The notes: generated by a model not told the origin, from the sequence alone. A stretch of 64,000 bases of DNA from Solirubrobacteraceae bacterium (GCA_036561645.1 DATBOY010000068.1:16707-80706); one strand, 5' to 3'. Counted from the first letter of the stretch, positions 38,390 through 48,640 are shown. Numbers and translations: made by a program.

Positions 38390-40053
38390 GCACCTCCCGG
38401 CAGCTGCGGGGAGACGCGCAGCAGCACGTAGCGGCTCGTGCGAAAGACGGGCGTCAGCGTGGGATCCCCGCCGGTGGCGGCCTGCGGGTAGCGCTGGCGG
38501 ATGAGATCTCCCGGCGCGCGGTAGTCCATCAGCAGGTAGTCGACGTGGCCGTATGGCGCTTCGCGCATCTTAAACCAGGGGCCATCGCCGCGGTCGACGC
38601 GGTCGAGGAAGTCCTGCGGCCGGCCGCTGAGCAGGATCACGCCGAAGGTCTGGGCGTTGTCGGTGAGGATCGCGTGCTGGGTGTAGCCCACAACGTGGTT
38701 GACGTAGGCGGCCATCTGGCGCTCAGGATCGACACCCACGGTGAAGCCGCCGATCGAAGAGGTGCCCTCCTGACTGGCCCCCGTGTCGATCGCGCGCGTG
38801 AAGGCCTGCTCCAGGTTCTGGAACGGGTAGCTGCGCATCACGCTCCAGGCCAGCGGCAGCGTGGCGGCGAGTACAGCGAGCGTGGCCAGCCATACCGACA
38901 GGCGCACTGTTTCGCGCGAGCGGTACAGCCACGCCGCGCCGAACGTGGCTGTCAGGGCCAGGGGCAGGCCATCCTGCAGGGTCAGCACGGCGGTGTCGCC
39001 GTGGATCAGCGCGTCGGCTCCCACGATTGCCAGGCCCAACGCGAGGAAGCCGGCGAGCGACAGCGACAGCACGTCGCGCGCCACCATGAACGCGGCGACC
39101 AGCACGGGGATGACGACCAGCGCCAGTGGCGCCACGCCCATCGTCACCTGCAGCAGGCGGTGGGCGACTTCCGCCAGCGACGCGGAGCCGTGCTGGGCGA
39201 TCTGGTCGGAGTTGACGGCGAGGGTGGACGAGGAGCCGCTCGTGATCCAATCAAAAGGCTGACCCACGATGATCCCGTTGAACACTGTCCACAGCGCCAG
39301 GCCGTAGACGATCGGCGCAAGGTAGGAGACGACCGACCCCTCCAGTCGCGCGCGGGTGGCGTCGCGGCGCATCAAGGCCGCCCCCACCAGACAGCTCCCC
39401 GCGAGCGCCCAGATGATGAACTCGTACCGCGCCAACATGCAGCAGGCAAACGCCAGTCCGGCCCCGATCAGATAGCGGCTCTCTTCCGTCAGGTGCCAGG
39501 CGACCAGGCAGTACAGCCCGGCTGCCAGCAGGAACAGGAAGGCGGTGTCCGGCATCCCGTTGGCGGCGTAGAACACGAACTCGGGATTGAGTGCGAACAG
39601 GACGAGAACGGGGTAGCGGAAGATCGCGCTCATCTCGCACAGCTCCAGGGCGCGATTGAGCACGACGAGCGTGGCCCCGGCGAAGATCGCGCTGGTCAGG
39701 GGCAGCGCCAGCAGCGAGGTGGCGATCGGCTTGATCGCCGCCAGCGGCAGGAAGATCAGGCTGCTCAGAGGCGGGAAGGTGAACCCCACTGCGGCGAGCT
39801 TCGGCGGGGAGTTGTGCCACACCATGTAGGCGCGCGTGAGACGGTCCAGGGCGTCGAACACCACGACGTGGTAACTGCTCACCACCTTGGCGCCGAGCAG
39901 GCCGTAGGCGACTGTGCCCGTCAGGAACAGCAGCAGCGACTCCACGGGGCGCGCCACCACGCGCTGGCCGGCGCGTTGGAACGCCGCCGCGGGGCGCCGC
40001 TCCAGCGGCGCGGGGAGGACGAGCTCGCCCCCGGGAGTGGCGCTGAAGGCCAT
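38386..40053 (-). CDS. GT-C fold membrane glycosyltransferase (GT39/PMT-like)
   Basis: Multi-TM; 'DALDRL', 'GFTFPPL', 'NPEFVFYAANGMPD', 'LARYE', 'ILTD'. Confidence 0.7.
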   Translation of the reverse strand: MAFSATPGGELVLPAPLERRPAAAFQRAGQRVVARPVESLLLFLTGTVAYGLLGAKVVSSYHVVVFDALDRLTRAYMVWHNSPPKLAAVGFTFPPLSSLIFLPLAAIKPIATSLLALPLTSAIFAGATLVVLNRALELCEMSAIFRYPVLVLFALNPEFVFYAANGMPDTAFLFLLAAGLYCLVAWHLTEESRYLIGAGLAFACCMLARYEFIIWALAGSCLVGAALMRRDATRARLEGSVVSYLAPIVYGLALWTVFNGIIVGQPFDWITSGSSSTLAVNSDQIAQHGSASLAEVAHRLLQVTMGVAPLALVVIPVLVAAFMVARDVLSLSLAGFLALGLAIVGADALIHGDTAVLTLQDGLPLALTATFGAAWLYRSRETVRLSVWLATLAVLAATLPLAWSVMRSYPFQNLEQAFTRAIDTGASQEGTSSIGGFTVGVDPERQMAAYVNHVVGYTQHAILTDNAQTFGVILLSGRPQDFLDRVDRGDGPWFKMREAPYGHVDYLLMDYRAPGDLIRQRYPQAATGGDPTLTPVFRTSRYVLLRVSPQLPGGA

Positions 40054-40056
40054 CGC

Positions 40057-42309
40057 CTACGCCGCCTGACCCGCCGGGACCGTCTCGCCGGCCGGGGACC
40101 CCTCGCCCACCGGCAGCGCGCGCGCCTCACCCAGCGGTTCGACGTCGAGCCCGTGTTCGGTCTTCTCCCAGTAGAAGGGCCGCGTGAACAGCTGCGCAAA
40201 CCCGCGCCAGGCGGCGATCGACATCAGCCCCCAGTACAGCGGCGAGAACAGCGCGTACTTGGCCAGCGCGTAGTAGCCCCGCTCCACCGTACCCGCCACG
40301 TTGAGGTACATGAAGGCGAAGTTGCCGATGAACAGCTGGAAGGCGGCGGCGTAGAAGACGAAGCTGGGGAAGACCTGCTGGATCAGACCGGCGTGGGTGA
40401 AGAAGAACACCGTCGTGAGCAGCCAGAAGATCGGGTTGAGCAGGAAGATGAAGCTCCCCCCCACGAGCAGCTGGAAGGAGATGAAGCTCATCGGTCCCAT
40501 CTGGCGGTAGAGGCGCACGGGATGGCGCATGTGCACCAGCCACGTCTGGATGTAGCCCTTGATCCAACGCGAGCGCTGGCGGATCCAGTTGTGCAGCTCG
40601 GAGTTCGCCTCCTCCAGCGTGGTCGAGTCGATGATCGCCGTCTGAAAGCCCGCCTTGTGTAGGCGTATCCCCAGGTCGGCGTCCTCGGTGACGTTGAACG
40701 GATCCCACGCGCCGAGCTTCACCAGGCGCTCGCGGATGAAGTGGTTGGAGGTGCCCCCGAGCGGGATCGGCACGTTCTCGGCGTCCAGGCCCGGCAGAAT
40801 CAGCTCGAACCACATCGCATACTCGATCGAGAACCAGCGCGTCAGCAGGTTGTGCTCCTGGTTGAAGTAGTTGAGCTTGGCCTGGATGCAGGTCACGCGC
40901 GGGCCGGTCTTGCGGAAGGCGGCCACGATCTTCTTGAGCTGGTCGGGGTCGGGACGATCCTCGGCGTCGTAGATCACGACGATCTCCCCGTCGGCCTGCA
41001 GAAGACCGTAGTTGCACGCTTTGGGCTTCGTACGCGGCTGGGAGTCGGGCACGATCACAAGCTTGAAGTGGGGCGGCAGCGACAGCGCGCGGATGGCCTG
41101 CACGGTCTCCTCGTCGTCCTGCTCGCACAGCAGCCGCACGTCGAGCTTGGTCTTGGGGTAGTCGAGTGCTTCGATGCCCCCCGCCAGCCGCGCCACGACG
41201 TTTGCCTCCTTGTACAACGGGACGAGAATCGTGTAGCGGGGCAGCTCGCGCTCGTCGAGCGCCGCCACTTCCCCCGGACTGACGTCGACCTCGTACTCGT
41301 GCCCCAGGGCGCTGTACATCAGCCAGAACTTGTAGAGCGAGGCCGCGGTGTAGAACAGGCTCGCCAGGCCCACCAACCCAACCAGCGTGGGAATCGGGAA
41401 GAGCACGAGCAGTCCCAGCACCAGCACCAGCGCCGCGACGAGCGTCCCCCGCTGGCCTTCGGAGAGCACCCGGTTGGCGCACTCCTCGGGCAGGCGGTGC
41501 AGCAGCTCGGAGGTGGCGGCCTCAACGTAGGCGTGACCGTGGATGCGTTGCAGCAACTCGTCGATCGAGTTGGCGGTCGCCAGAAAGCCCCGCAGCTGGA
41601 GACTCGTGTGCTCGCGCAGCGCCGCGATCGTCGTGTCGTCCAAAGGCTCGGCGATCGCCATATACACGCAGCGCTCGTCCACCCCAATCGGCACGCAGCG
41701 CAGATGCCGCGCCAACGGCTCGGGGATGACCTCCCGGGGGAGGCTGTCGGGGTCCAGACCCGACACGTCTACGAGCGGGATCTGCAGCTGATCGGCGAGC
41801 GCCCCCACGAGGTCGTGCTCGGCCACAGTCCCTCCGTGCACGAGGATCTCGCCCACGCGGCTGCCCGTGCGCCGCTGCTCGGCACGGGCGCTGTCGATCG
41901 CCTCCAGCGTGACCAGCCGGCGCAGCAGCAGCATCTCGCCGATGCGCAGATGCTCGTGGATGCCCAGGCGCACCAGCTCCTCAGCGCTGCGGGTGGGCTG
42001 CTCCTCGTGCTCCTGCTCCTCCCGCTCCCGTGCCTCTGAGCCCGAACCGCCATCGGGCAGGGGAGCGAAGCACAGGTCGATCGTGCGCACGATCTCCTCG
42101 GCGGCCACCTCCACCCAGCGGAGCGGACGGCCCACCAACACCCCGCACACCTCGCGCGCGAGGGCGTCACTCAGATCGGCGGTGGCGATCGTCACGACGC
42201 CGTCGCTGTAGGCCACTGGGACGACCATGAAGTTACGGCAGGCCTGCTCGGACAGCAGCCGTGCAGCGAGCGGATTGACGGTCTCCGTCGGAGCGTCGAG
42301 CGGGCTCAT
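40057..42309 (-). CDS. Processive GT2 polysaccharide synthase with N-terminal MshEN (c-di-GMP-binding) domains
   Basis: Tandem MshEN motifs 'RIGEMLL..LV....I......Q' / 'RVGEILVHGGTV....LVGALADQ'; 'TKPKACN', 'YDAED', 'VTEDADLG', 'QRSRW', 'WEKTEHG'; ATG 42309 overlaps upstream stop. Confidence 0.88.
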   Translation of the reverse strand: MSPLDAPTETVNPLAARLLSEQACRNFMVVPVAYSDGVVTIATADLSDALAREVCGVLVGRPLRWVEVAAEEIVRTIDLCFAPLPDGGSGSEAREREEQEHEEQPTRSAEELVRLGIHEHLRIGEMLLLRRLVTLEAIDSARAEQRRTGSRVGEILVHGGTVAEHDLVGALADQLQIPLVDVSGLDPDSLPREVIPEPLARHLRCVPIGVDERCVYMAIAEPLDDTTIAALREHTSLQLRGFLATANSIDELLQRIHGHAYVEAATSELLHRLPEECANRVLSEGQRGTLVAALVLVLGLLVLFPIPTLVGLVGLASLFYTAASLYKFWLMYSALGHEYEVDVSPGEVAALDERELPRYTILVPLYKEANVVARLAGGIEALDYPKTKLDVRLLCEQDDEETVQAIRALSLPPHFKLVIVPDSQPRTKPKACNYGLLQADGEIVVIYDAEDRPDPDQLKKIVAAFRKTGPRVTCIQAKLNYFNQEHNLLTRWFSIEYAMWFELILPGLDAENVPIPLGGTSNHFIRERLVKLGAWDPFNVTEDADLGIRLHKAGFQTAIIDSTTLEEANSELHNWIRQRSRWIKGYIQTWLVHMRHPVRLYRQMGPMSFISFQLLVGGSFIFLLNPIFWLLTTVFFFTHAGLIQQVFPSFVFYAAAFQLFIGNFAFMYLNVAGTVERGYYALAKYALFSPLYWGLMSIAAWRGFAQLFTRPFYWEKTEHGLDVEPLGEARALPVGEGSPAGETVPAGQAA

Positions 42310-42653
42310 GCGGACTCCTTTTTGGGGGCCTGTTTGGGTGCCTGCGCCGACATCTGTGCGGGCGTTTGCGCAGGCTCGCGCCCGGCCGCGGTCGCAGCAA
42401 ACACCGCCGCCGCCGCACGCGGCGCGGCGACGCGCTGCCGCCGCGCCCTGTCGCCCGCCGACAGTGCGAGGTAGCCGATCAGCAGGACCAGGGCGGGGGC
42501 CAGCATGAAGCCGATCCAGAACACGGCCGTGGCAACCATCACTCCCACGATCACGAGGACCACGGGGCCGAACGGACGGTTGGGCCCCGCGACGGGCCAC
42601 TCGCTGGAGACGCCGTCGGAGACCCAGCCGGCGCGGGTGGAGATATCGGACAT
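42306..42653 (-). CDS. Small 2-TM membrane protein
   Basis: RBS AGGAG; two hydrophobic helices; coupled to the synthase. Confidence 0.65.
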   Translation of the reverse strand: MSDISTRAGWVSDGVSSEWPVAGPNRPFGPVVLVIVGVMVATAVFWIGFMLAPALVLLIGYLALSAGDRARRQRVAAPRAAAAVFAATAAGREPAQTPAQMSAQAPKQAPKKESA

Positions 42654-42663
42654 CTCGACGCTC

Positions 42664-43521
42664 CTACTCGGCCCCGGACCGGGACGAGGACATGGATGCC
42701 GGCCGGCCCTCGATCTCGTGGTCGCCGGCGGCGAGCAGGGTCAGCGTGGCGGAGTCGCCGTGCGTGACCTCGAATGCGAAGGGCAGTACGCGGTGCAGCT
42801 CCTCCACCAACCGCACGGGCTGGAACAGGCGAATCTCCGCGACCGCGTCGCGGCCGGCGAATTCCTTGATCTCAACCCGTTCCGCGCCCGGCACCTGTAG
42901 AAGCGCGATCTCCAGCGTGTCCACCTGGCTGATGTCGCCGAGCGGACCGACGCGCAGGCACACGCTTCCCTGAAAGACGCTCGGACGCAGGGCGATGCCA
43001 GCGGACGCTCCGGCGCCGGGGGCCGGGCGGTCGGCTAGACCAGAGCTGGACTCGGGCGAGAGGGGTTCGCCGCGATCGAGCTGCTCCAATGCGCGCTCGC
43101 ACCCGCCGATAGCCGTGCGCAGCGACTCGCGCAACATCTCCCGCACACGCAGCAGATCCTCGATCTGGCGCTTGATCTGCTCCGCCTGGGCGTGCGTGGG
43201 CGCGGAGATGAAACCTGGAAGCGGGTGGCTGGAGTCGCCCGGCTCGCTCACCGGCACCGGCTGCACTCTCAGCTGCGCGGCGCTCAGCCTCGGCGGCGCC
43301 GGCGGGTTCCCGTTCGTCTCGGGTGGCCGCTGCGCGGGGTCCACCTGCTGCTGCAGCGCACCGAGCGCCTTTTCCATCTCGACCAGATTGGCCCGTATGC
43401 CACTCCAGTTTGACGAGCTCGCGGCAAAGTCCGGGGTAGTCGCCGCGAAGGGAGCGCCGCCCACGCCGTGGAGGCCGGGGTTGTCTGTGTCGTTGGTCTG
43501 GCCCGCCGAGATGTCGTCCAT
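42664..43521 (-). CDS. Hypothetical cytoplasmic protein with coiled coils
   Basis: First gene of operon; heptads 'EQIKRQIEDLLRVREMLRESLR'; small alpha/beta C-terminal domain. Confidence 0.65.
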   Translation of the reverse strand: MDDISAGQTNDTDNPGLHGVGGAPFAATTPDFAASSSNWSGIRANLVEMEKALGALQQQVDPAQRPPETNGNPPAPPRLSAAQLRVQPVPVSEPGDSSHPLPGFISAPTHAQAEQIKRQIEDLLRVREMLRESLRTAIGGCERALEQLDRGEPLSPESSSGLADRPAPGAGASAGIALRPSVFQGSVCLRVGPLGDISQVDTLEIALLQVPGAERVEIKEFAGRDAVAEIRLFQPVRLVEELHRVLPFAFEVTHGDSATLTLLAAGDHEIEGRPASMSSSRSGAE

Positions 43522-43708
43522 GGCCGGACAAGCTCACGCCTGCTCAGGGACATGCTGTTAGGCAAACGTGGCGTTGTCGGTCGCTGACCATTGAGATGTC
43601 TGAATTCCAACAACAGCTCAAGCCAACCCAACAATTCGAGGCGCTTCAGGGTCAGGCTGGGCGCGGCCGCCAGACGATTCCCATTCGACGACAAAGGGCA
43701 GGTGCGAG

Positions 43709-45109
43709 ATGAGCGCGATCATTGAACATGGCGTCACACAAACGCTGGAGCGCATCCAGCGACGGTGGGCCGTGCTGCTGCGTCGTGCCGCCGCACGCGA
43801 GGCCGCCACCCGTCGCGCACTCGTCCACGCACGCTCGATCGAAGCCGTGCACCGCAACGAGATCTCCTCTCTGCACGGGCGCCTGCGCGGGCTCGAACAG
43901 ATCCTGCTCGACTATGCCGTGAGCCGTCGGGTCCGACCGCAGTCGCCAGCGGGAAGGACCCCCATGCGCGCGCTCGCATCCCCGCCATCGCTCGCGCCTC
44001 CACCCTCGCTCACACCCCCGCCCCCGCCGGCACACCGGCCCGCGCCCGCGCCGCTGCCCTTCGACCCCGCCGCGATCGTGGCGGCGATACTGCCGCTCGA
44101 GGAACCCAATGCGGATGCCGTCAGTGTCGCCGACGCCCTCAAGCGACTGCGGTCGGCCACACAGGCCGGGGCGAGGGCCGGGCGGCGCCCCATCACCGCG
44201 CCGCCCACCCATCTTGCGCCGGTGGAGCAGACCGTCATCGCGGGGCAGCTCGCTCTCGCGGCGCGTTCGCCGGAGCACCCCCCGCTCATCGAGCGCCCGC
44301 CCACCGCCGCGCTCGTCGCGGAGTCCACCGGCGTCGGCGACCTGGAAGGCGAGCCCGCCGAGGGCGGACCGTCGTGGTTCCCGCGCGCGCTGCGCCGGCT
44401 CGTAGCCGAGGACCCGCGAGCCGCGGGACGGCTGCTGTTGCAACTGCTGCCGGCGCAGGGGCTCGTGTGGCCCGAGGACGTCGTCTACACCCTGGATGTC
44501 GCCGACACAGGTTGCGTGACGGTGACGGTGCGGGGCGATACGACAACCGTGCAGCCGCTGCTCAACCTCGACCCGGTGCGCACGCCCGTGCTGAGCACCG
44601 ACCTCGCCGGACTGGCCCGCACCGTCACCGCGCGGCGCGGCTGGGGCAGGATCGGAGCGCGTCTGTCGGGCGCGCGCGGCACGCTGCGGCCGTTGCACGC
44701 CCTGGCCAGCGCACCCCTGGGCCTGCGCGACCTGGAGCGCCAGGGCGTTCGCCTCGACCCGACGCTGCTGCTGCGGCTGCTGGCGCTTGCGATCGACCCC
44801 GAGTGGACCGCGCAGCACGAGTTCACGGTGGGCCTGCGCTGCCACGACCGGCCCCGCGCCAGCTGCTTCATACACGTCAACGGGAGCGCTGCGGTCGCCG
44901 TGACCTCCTCGCCACCGTTGGGCAGAGTTGCGGGCACGCTCAGCTGCGACGCCGAGGACCTGCTCGACCTGCTGCTCGATCGAGTCTCGCCGTCGGCTGG
45001 CAGGCGGCGCGTCAGCGGCGACGGCGAGACGGTCGCGGAGCTGCTGCGGTGGCTGCGCGCGGTCGACGCCACGACCCGCGATGCCGAGCGCACCGCGGTG
45101 CCGGCGTAG
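43709..45109 (+). CDS. Hypothetical protein (N-terminal coiled coil, Pro-rich linker, possibly SCP2-like C-terminal domains)
   Basis: Long ORF with host-like codon usage, divergent from the synthase operon; ends '...RVSGDGETVAELLRWL'. Confidence 0.6.
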   Translation: MSAIIEHGVTQTLERIQRRWAVLLRRAAAREAATRRALVHARSIEAVHRNEISSLHGRLRGLEQILLDYAVSRRVRPQSPAGRTPMRALASPPSLAPPPSLTPPPPPAHRPAPAPLPFDPAAIVAAILPLEEPNADAVSVADALKRLRSATQAGARAGRRPITAPPTHLAPVEQTVIAGQLALAARSPEHPPLIERPPTAALVAESTGVGDLEGEPAEGGPSWFPRALRRLVAEDPRAAGRLLLQLLPAQGLVWPEDVVYTLDVADTGCVTVTVRGDTTTVQPLLNLDPVRTPVLSTDLAGLARTVTARRGWGRIGARLSGARGTLRPLHALASAPLGLRDLERQGVRLDPTLLLRLLALAIDPEWTAQHEFTVGLRCHDRPRASCFIHVNGSAAVAVTSSPPLGRVAGTLSCDAEDLLDLLLDRVSPSAGRRRVSGDGETVAELLRWLRAVDATTRDAERTAVPA

Positions 45110-45136
45110 AGCCCGGGCCGGGCGGACCCGGCGACC

Positions 45137-45535
45137 CTAGCCGACGCTCAGCGCACAGCCGCAGCGCACGCACAGGCTGGCGACGCTGGATACGCTCGTC
45201 TTGCATTCCGGACAGGCGCGCCAGCGTGCCTGTCCGGGCTCCTGCGGGATCGGGATCGGGATCGGCGCGGGGACGTCAGACGCCGGTACGCGGGCGCTGC
45301 TGTCCACTCCCAGGAGCAACTGCTCGCGGATGCGGGCGAACTCCTCCCGTGTGGCCACCTCCGAGTGGGAGACCACGCCAAACAGGCGAGCCAGCATCTC
45401 GATCGAAAGGCGTGTCACCAGCAGCAGCGGCACCGCCACCAGCACGATTACGATCACCAGGCCGACCACCGCGCAGAGGATAACGGCGTCGCGCCACCAC
45501 CGGGGCAACCGACGTCGCGAATATCGCCACGACAA
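45137..45535 (-). CDS. Membrane protein with C-terminal zinc ribbon
   Basis: One TM followed by 'CPEC...LCVRC'. Confidence 0.55.
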   Translation of the reverse strand: MSWRYSRRRLPRWWRDAVILCAVVGLVIVIVLVAVPLLLVTRLSIEMLARLFGVVSHSEVATREEFARIREQLLLGVDSSARVPASDVPAPIPIPIPQEPGQARWRACPECKTSVSSVASLCVRCGCALSVG

Positions 45536-45703
45536 CGGCCCCGATCAGCACGACCAACCGCAGGCCGGGCGGCACGCCGTTCCATGCGGCCAAGACGCAT
45601 ACACAAGAAGTCACCAACATCGTCACAGTATAACAACAAGTGGACCCGATTAACGGCTCGGCATACCACTTCGGCAGTGACCGGCCAGCCTTCGACTCCC
45701 GGT

Positions 45704-45730
45704 GTAAGAGCACTGTTACAAAAATGTGAA
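45704..45730 (-). promoter_or_regulatory. Triple 11-bp-periodic box
   Basis: Minus strand TTCAC-ATTTTT-GTAAC-AGTGCT-CTTAC in AT-rich DNA upstream of 45137..45535. Confidence 0.55.
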
Positions 45731-45757
45731 AGGTGAAAGGCGCGACGCGCCTGCCGG

Positions 45758-47224
45758 TCAGCGACGCGACACGAGGAAAGCACCAGCTCCGCGTTCGCCG
45801 CCCCCCGGCGCCCCGATGACGGCGCCCAGCGACATCTCCACGCCCCGCGAGGATTCTTCGAGCAGATCGGCCACCGAGCTGCCGGCATGGTCGTCCGCGC
45901 GAGCGCCGTCGAGACGGTAGCTGGATCCACCCAGCCTGTACAGGTCGAGTCTCTTTGCCGCCAGGGCCGCCCCCGATATCACGTACACGGCTCCCGCGGT
46001 GCGCGCGCTGAAGCTCGCGCCGGGCGCCCCGATCGTCAGCTGCGCGGGGCTGGTGGTGGAACCATCGTCACCGGCCAGCGCCGCACCGGTGAGATCGCCG
46101 TTGTGCACTCCTTCGATTGCGTACGTCGGCGCCACCACACCGCTGTGCGGCCCGCCGATGACGATCTCCACGGCTCCCGGGCGCCCCGGGTAGCCGCGCC
46201 CCCTCACCCACGCGCTTGGAGCGCCGACTGCGATGTCGGTTGCCCCATCGTGGTCGATGTCGCCGATCGCGGCAACCGCCGCGCCGGCGTGATCGTCGGG
46301 GTTGACGCCGCTCACTGCGTACCCCATCCCGGACGCGCCCACGCGCACATTGCCGGCACCCCGCGGCCTGCCCCAGACGACATAGGCCATGCCCCTGCCG
46401 TGATACGCATCGGGGGCGCCGATCAGCAGCTCGGCGTAGGCGTCGCCGTTCTGATAGCCCCCCGCAGCCACCGCCGCGCCGAGGTGCGCACCGGGTGGGG
46501 CGCCGGCGACCGCGAATCCCTCGGCGGGCGTCAGCTTGCGCAAGTCGATCGTGGGACTGCGCAGCGCGTTGTCGATCCCGTACGCCGCCCCGGACCCTCC
46601 GTAGGCACCGGGGGCGCCGAGGATCAGGTCGTCGTGGCCGTTGCCGCTGAAGTTGCGGTCGATCGCCACCGCGGCGCCGAGGTGATCGCCGGCGTGGGCG
46701 CCGTCGATCTCATAGCCCTGTTCGGGGCGCAGCTTGGACAGTTCCTCGGCACCCGGGGCGGGCACGCCAAAGAGCACCCACACCTCCCCCGCGTGGCGGC
46801 GCCCGCCGGGACTGGCGTCGGGGGCGCCCACGACAAGATCAGGGAAGCCATCGCCGTTGACATCGCCGCCCCCGGCCATCGCCGCACCTAAATGATCGCC
46901 TCTGCGCTCGCCCACAATGCGGATGCTGGCCCCGCGGGGCAGGCTGGCGTGCCCGCCCGCGGGCAGCCTCAAATCGAGCATGATCGTCACCGCGCCCCGG
47001 TCGCCGGCCGCGTGCGGGGCGCCGACGGCCACTGCCGGACGACCATCTAGCGTGAACTGGCCGAGCGCCGCCACCGCGATACCGGTCCCCCGCACGCGCA
47101 GGGAGGGCACGGCGCGCGGCGACGCGCCGGCTAGGCGCACGACACCCAGCGCCAACCCCAAGGAGGGGATCGAAGCCGACGCCAGCAGGACCGAGACGAG
47201 GGTGAGCAGGGCTTTGCGGTTCAC
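45758..47224 (-). CDS. Secreted FG-GAP (integrin-alpha-like beta-propeller) repeat protein
   Basis: Repeated 'GDVNGDGFPDLVVGAP', 'DDLILGAP', 'ELLIGAP', 'DIAVGAP'; signal peptide from GTG 47224. Confidence 0.88.
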   Translation of the reverse strand: MNRKALLTLVSVLLASASIPSLGLALGVVRLAGASPRAVPSLRVRGTGIAVAALGQFTLDGRPAVAVGAPHAAGDRGAVTIMLDLRLPAGGHASLPRGASIRIVGERRGDHLGAAMAGGGDVNGDGFPDLVVGAPDASPGGRRHAGEVWVLFGVPAPGAEELSKLRPEQGYEIDGAHAGDHLGAAVAIDRNFSGNGHDDLILGAPGAYGGSGAAYGIDNALRSPTIDLRKLTPAEGFAVAGAPPGAHLGAAVAAGGYQNGDAYAELLIGAPDAYHGRGMAYVVWGRPRGAGNVRVGASGMGYAVSGVNPDDHAGAAVAAIGDIDHDGATDIAVGAPSAWVRGRGYPGRPGAVEIVIGGPHSGVVAPTYAIEGVHNGDLTGAALAGDDGSTTSPAQLTIGAPGASFSARTAGAVYVISGAALAAKRLDLYRLGGSSYRLDGARADDHAGSSVADLLEESSRGVEMSLGAVIGAPGGGERGAGAFLVSRR

Positions 47225-47303
47225 GTCAAAAAGGATCCAAGAAAAGCATCGGCGGGTCGCCGCTCGACACCCTCTCACACGCGCAAGCGCCGCCGCGGCG
47301 GCG

Positions 47304-47319
47304 GTAACACCCCGTTCAC
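47304..47319 (+). promoter_or_regulatory. Direct-repeat box GTAAC-N6-TTCAC in divergent promoter
   Basis: GTAAC-ACCCCG-TTCAC, followed by AATAAT before ATG 47354. Confidence 0.55.
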
Positions 47320-47353
47320 GACAGTCTGCCTTGAGCGTGAATAATGCGGCTCG

Positions 47354-48634
47354 ATGCGGTGCCCGCGACCCAGCCACCTGCTCGCCGCCGCCGGTCTGCT
47401 GGTGGCGCTGGCCGCGCCTGGGCCGGCTCGCGCGGGGACGCTCACCCCCTGGCACGGGGTGCCCGTGGCGCTCGGCCCCGACACCGCGACGGAGCTCGCG
47501 CAGGCGCAGGCGCTCGGCGCCACCGACGTGGCCGTGTTCGCGCAGTGGTCGGCGATCGAAGCTGCCGGCGCCGGCAGCTTCAACCCAACCGCCCTCGGCC
47601 GCCTGGACACGGCCGTGGAAGGGGCCGCGGCGCTGGGGCTGAAGGTTGTCCTGCGCGTGCGCGGGACGCCTTGCTGGGCCAGCACCGAGCCCTCCCAGGC
47701 GCGCGCGCAGCGACCCGACCTGTGCCCCGCCTACCCTCCTGCCGACCCGCAGCTGTTCGGCAACTTCGTCGGCTTCCTCGCCAACCGCTACGCGGGCAAG
47801 CTGGCCGCGATCGAGGTGTGGGCCGAGGAGGACCACGCCGACGGCCAGCACTTCGCCGGCCCTGACGCCCCCGCCCACTACGCCGCCCTGCTGAAGGCCG
47901 CGTACACGGCGGTGCAGCACAGCTCCACGCCCACCACGCCGGTGCTGATCGGCGCCCTCGTGGGAGCGAACGGCGCCTTCCTCAAAGCCCTCTATCGTGA
48001 GGGCGTCAAGGGCTACTACAACGGCGTGGCGGTGGATTTCTATGACCTCGTGCTGGCGAGCCTGCGCGCCATTCATCAGGTACAGCTGGCCGCCGGTGAC
48101 CACGCTCCCCTGTGGCTTGAGGAGTTCGGCTGGACCACCTGCAGCACCCCCCGCAGCACAGCCGAGCAGTACTTCGCCTGCGTCAGCCCCGAACAGCAGG
48201 CGCAGAACATCGACGACATCTTCCGCGGATTGAGCATGGTCTCCTGGGTGCAGGGCGCCACCGTGTTCACGCTGCGCGACAACTCCTCGCTGCACTTCGG
48301 CATCTCCGATGAACTCGGCAACGCTAAACCCGCCTTCACGACGCTCGCCGCCGCCTGGCACGGCACGATCGGCGCGCCGCGGCCCGTGACGCTGAAGCTC
48401 GATGGTCACGGCCGCCGCGCCGCGCTGGCGGGCACAGCGCCCGTCGGCGACGTCGTCGAGCTCACCCTCACCCCGCCGCACCATCGCGGCCGCGGCTTGA
48501 AGACCACACTGCGCCTCACCGTCACGGGCACGTTCCGCTGGCGCCTGCCCAAGCAGGTTGGGCGCGGCTGGCGCGCGATCGCCACCGAGCCGTGGACCGG
48601 CGGCACGGCTCGCCTTGCGCTGCGCGGTCGCTAG
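47354..48634 (+). CDS. Secreted clan GH-A glycoside hydrolase (GH5/GH39-like)
   Basis: Signal peptide; 'WSAIE', 'TPCWAS', 'IEVWAEE', 'PLWLEEFGW', 'FGI...KPAF'. Confidence 0.78.
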   Translation: MRCPRPSHLLAAAGLLVALAAPGPARAGTLTPWHGVPVALGPDTATELAQAQALGATDVAVFAQWSAIEAAGAGSFNPTALGRLDTAVEGAAALGLKVVLRVRGTPCWASTEPSQARAQRPDLCPAYPPADPQLFGNFVGFLANRYAGKLAAIEVWAEEDHADGQHFAGPDAPAHYAALLKAAYTAVQHSSTPTTPVLIGALVGANGAFLKALYREGVKGYYNGVAVDFYDLVLASLRAIHQVQLAAGDHAPLWLEEFGWTTCSTPRSTAEQYFACVSPEQQAQNIDDIFRGLSMVSWVQGATVFTLRDNSSLHFGISDELGNAKPAFTTLAAAWHGTIGAPRPVTLKLDGHGRRAALAGTAPVGDVVELTLTPPHHRGRGLKTTLRLTVTGTFRWRLPKQVGRGWRAIATEPWTGGTARLALRGR

Positions 48635-48640
48635 AGGCAC

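Noticed and set aside
42310-42600. N-terminal extension of the GT2 ORF (847-aa version)
   Set aside because: Overlaps the 42306..42653 membrane gene; ATG 42309 has an RBS (AAGGAG) and ATGA coupling.
43555-43620. c-di-GMP-I riboswitch (GGCAAAC) near the synthase operon
   Set aside because: No GACGCAAA / tetraloop-receptor elements, and it is on the wrong strand for the operon.
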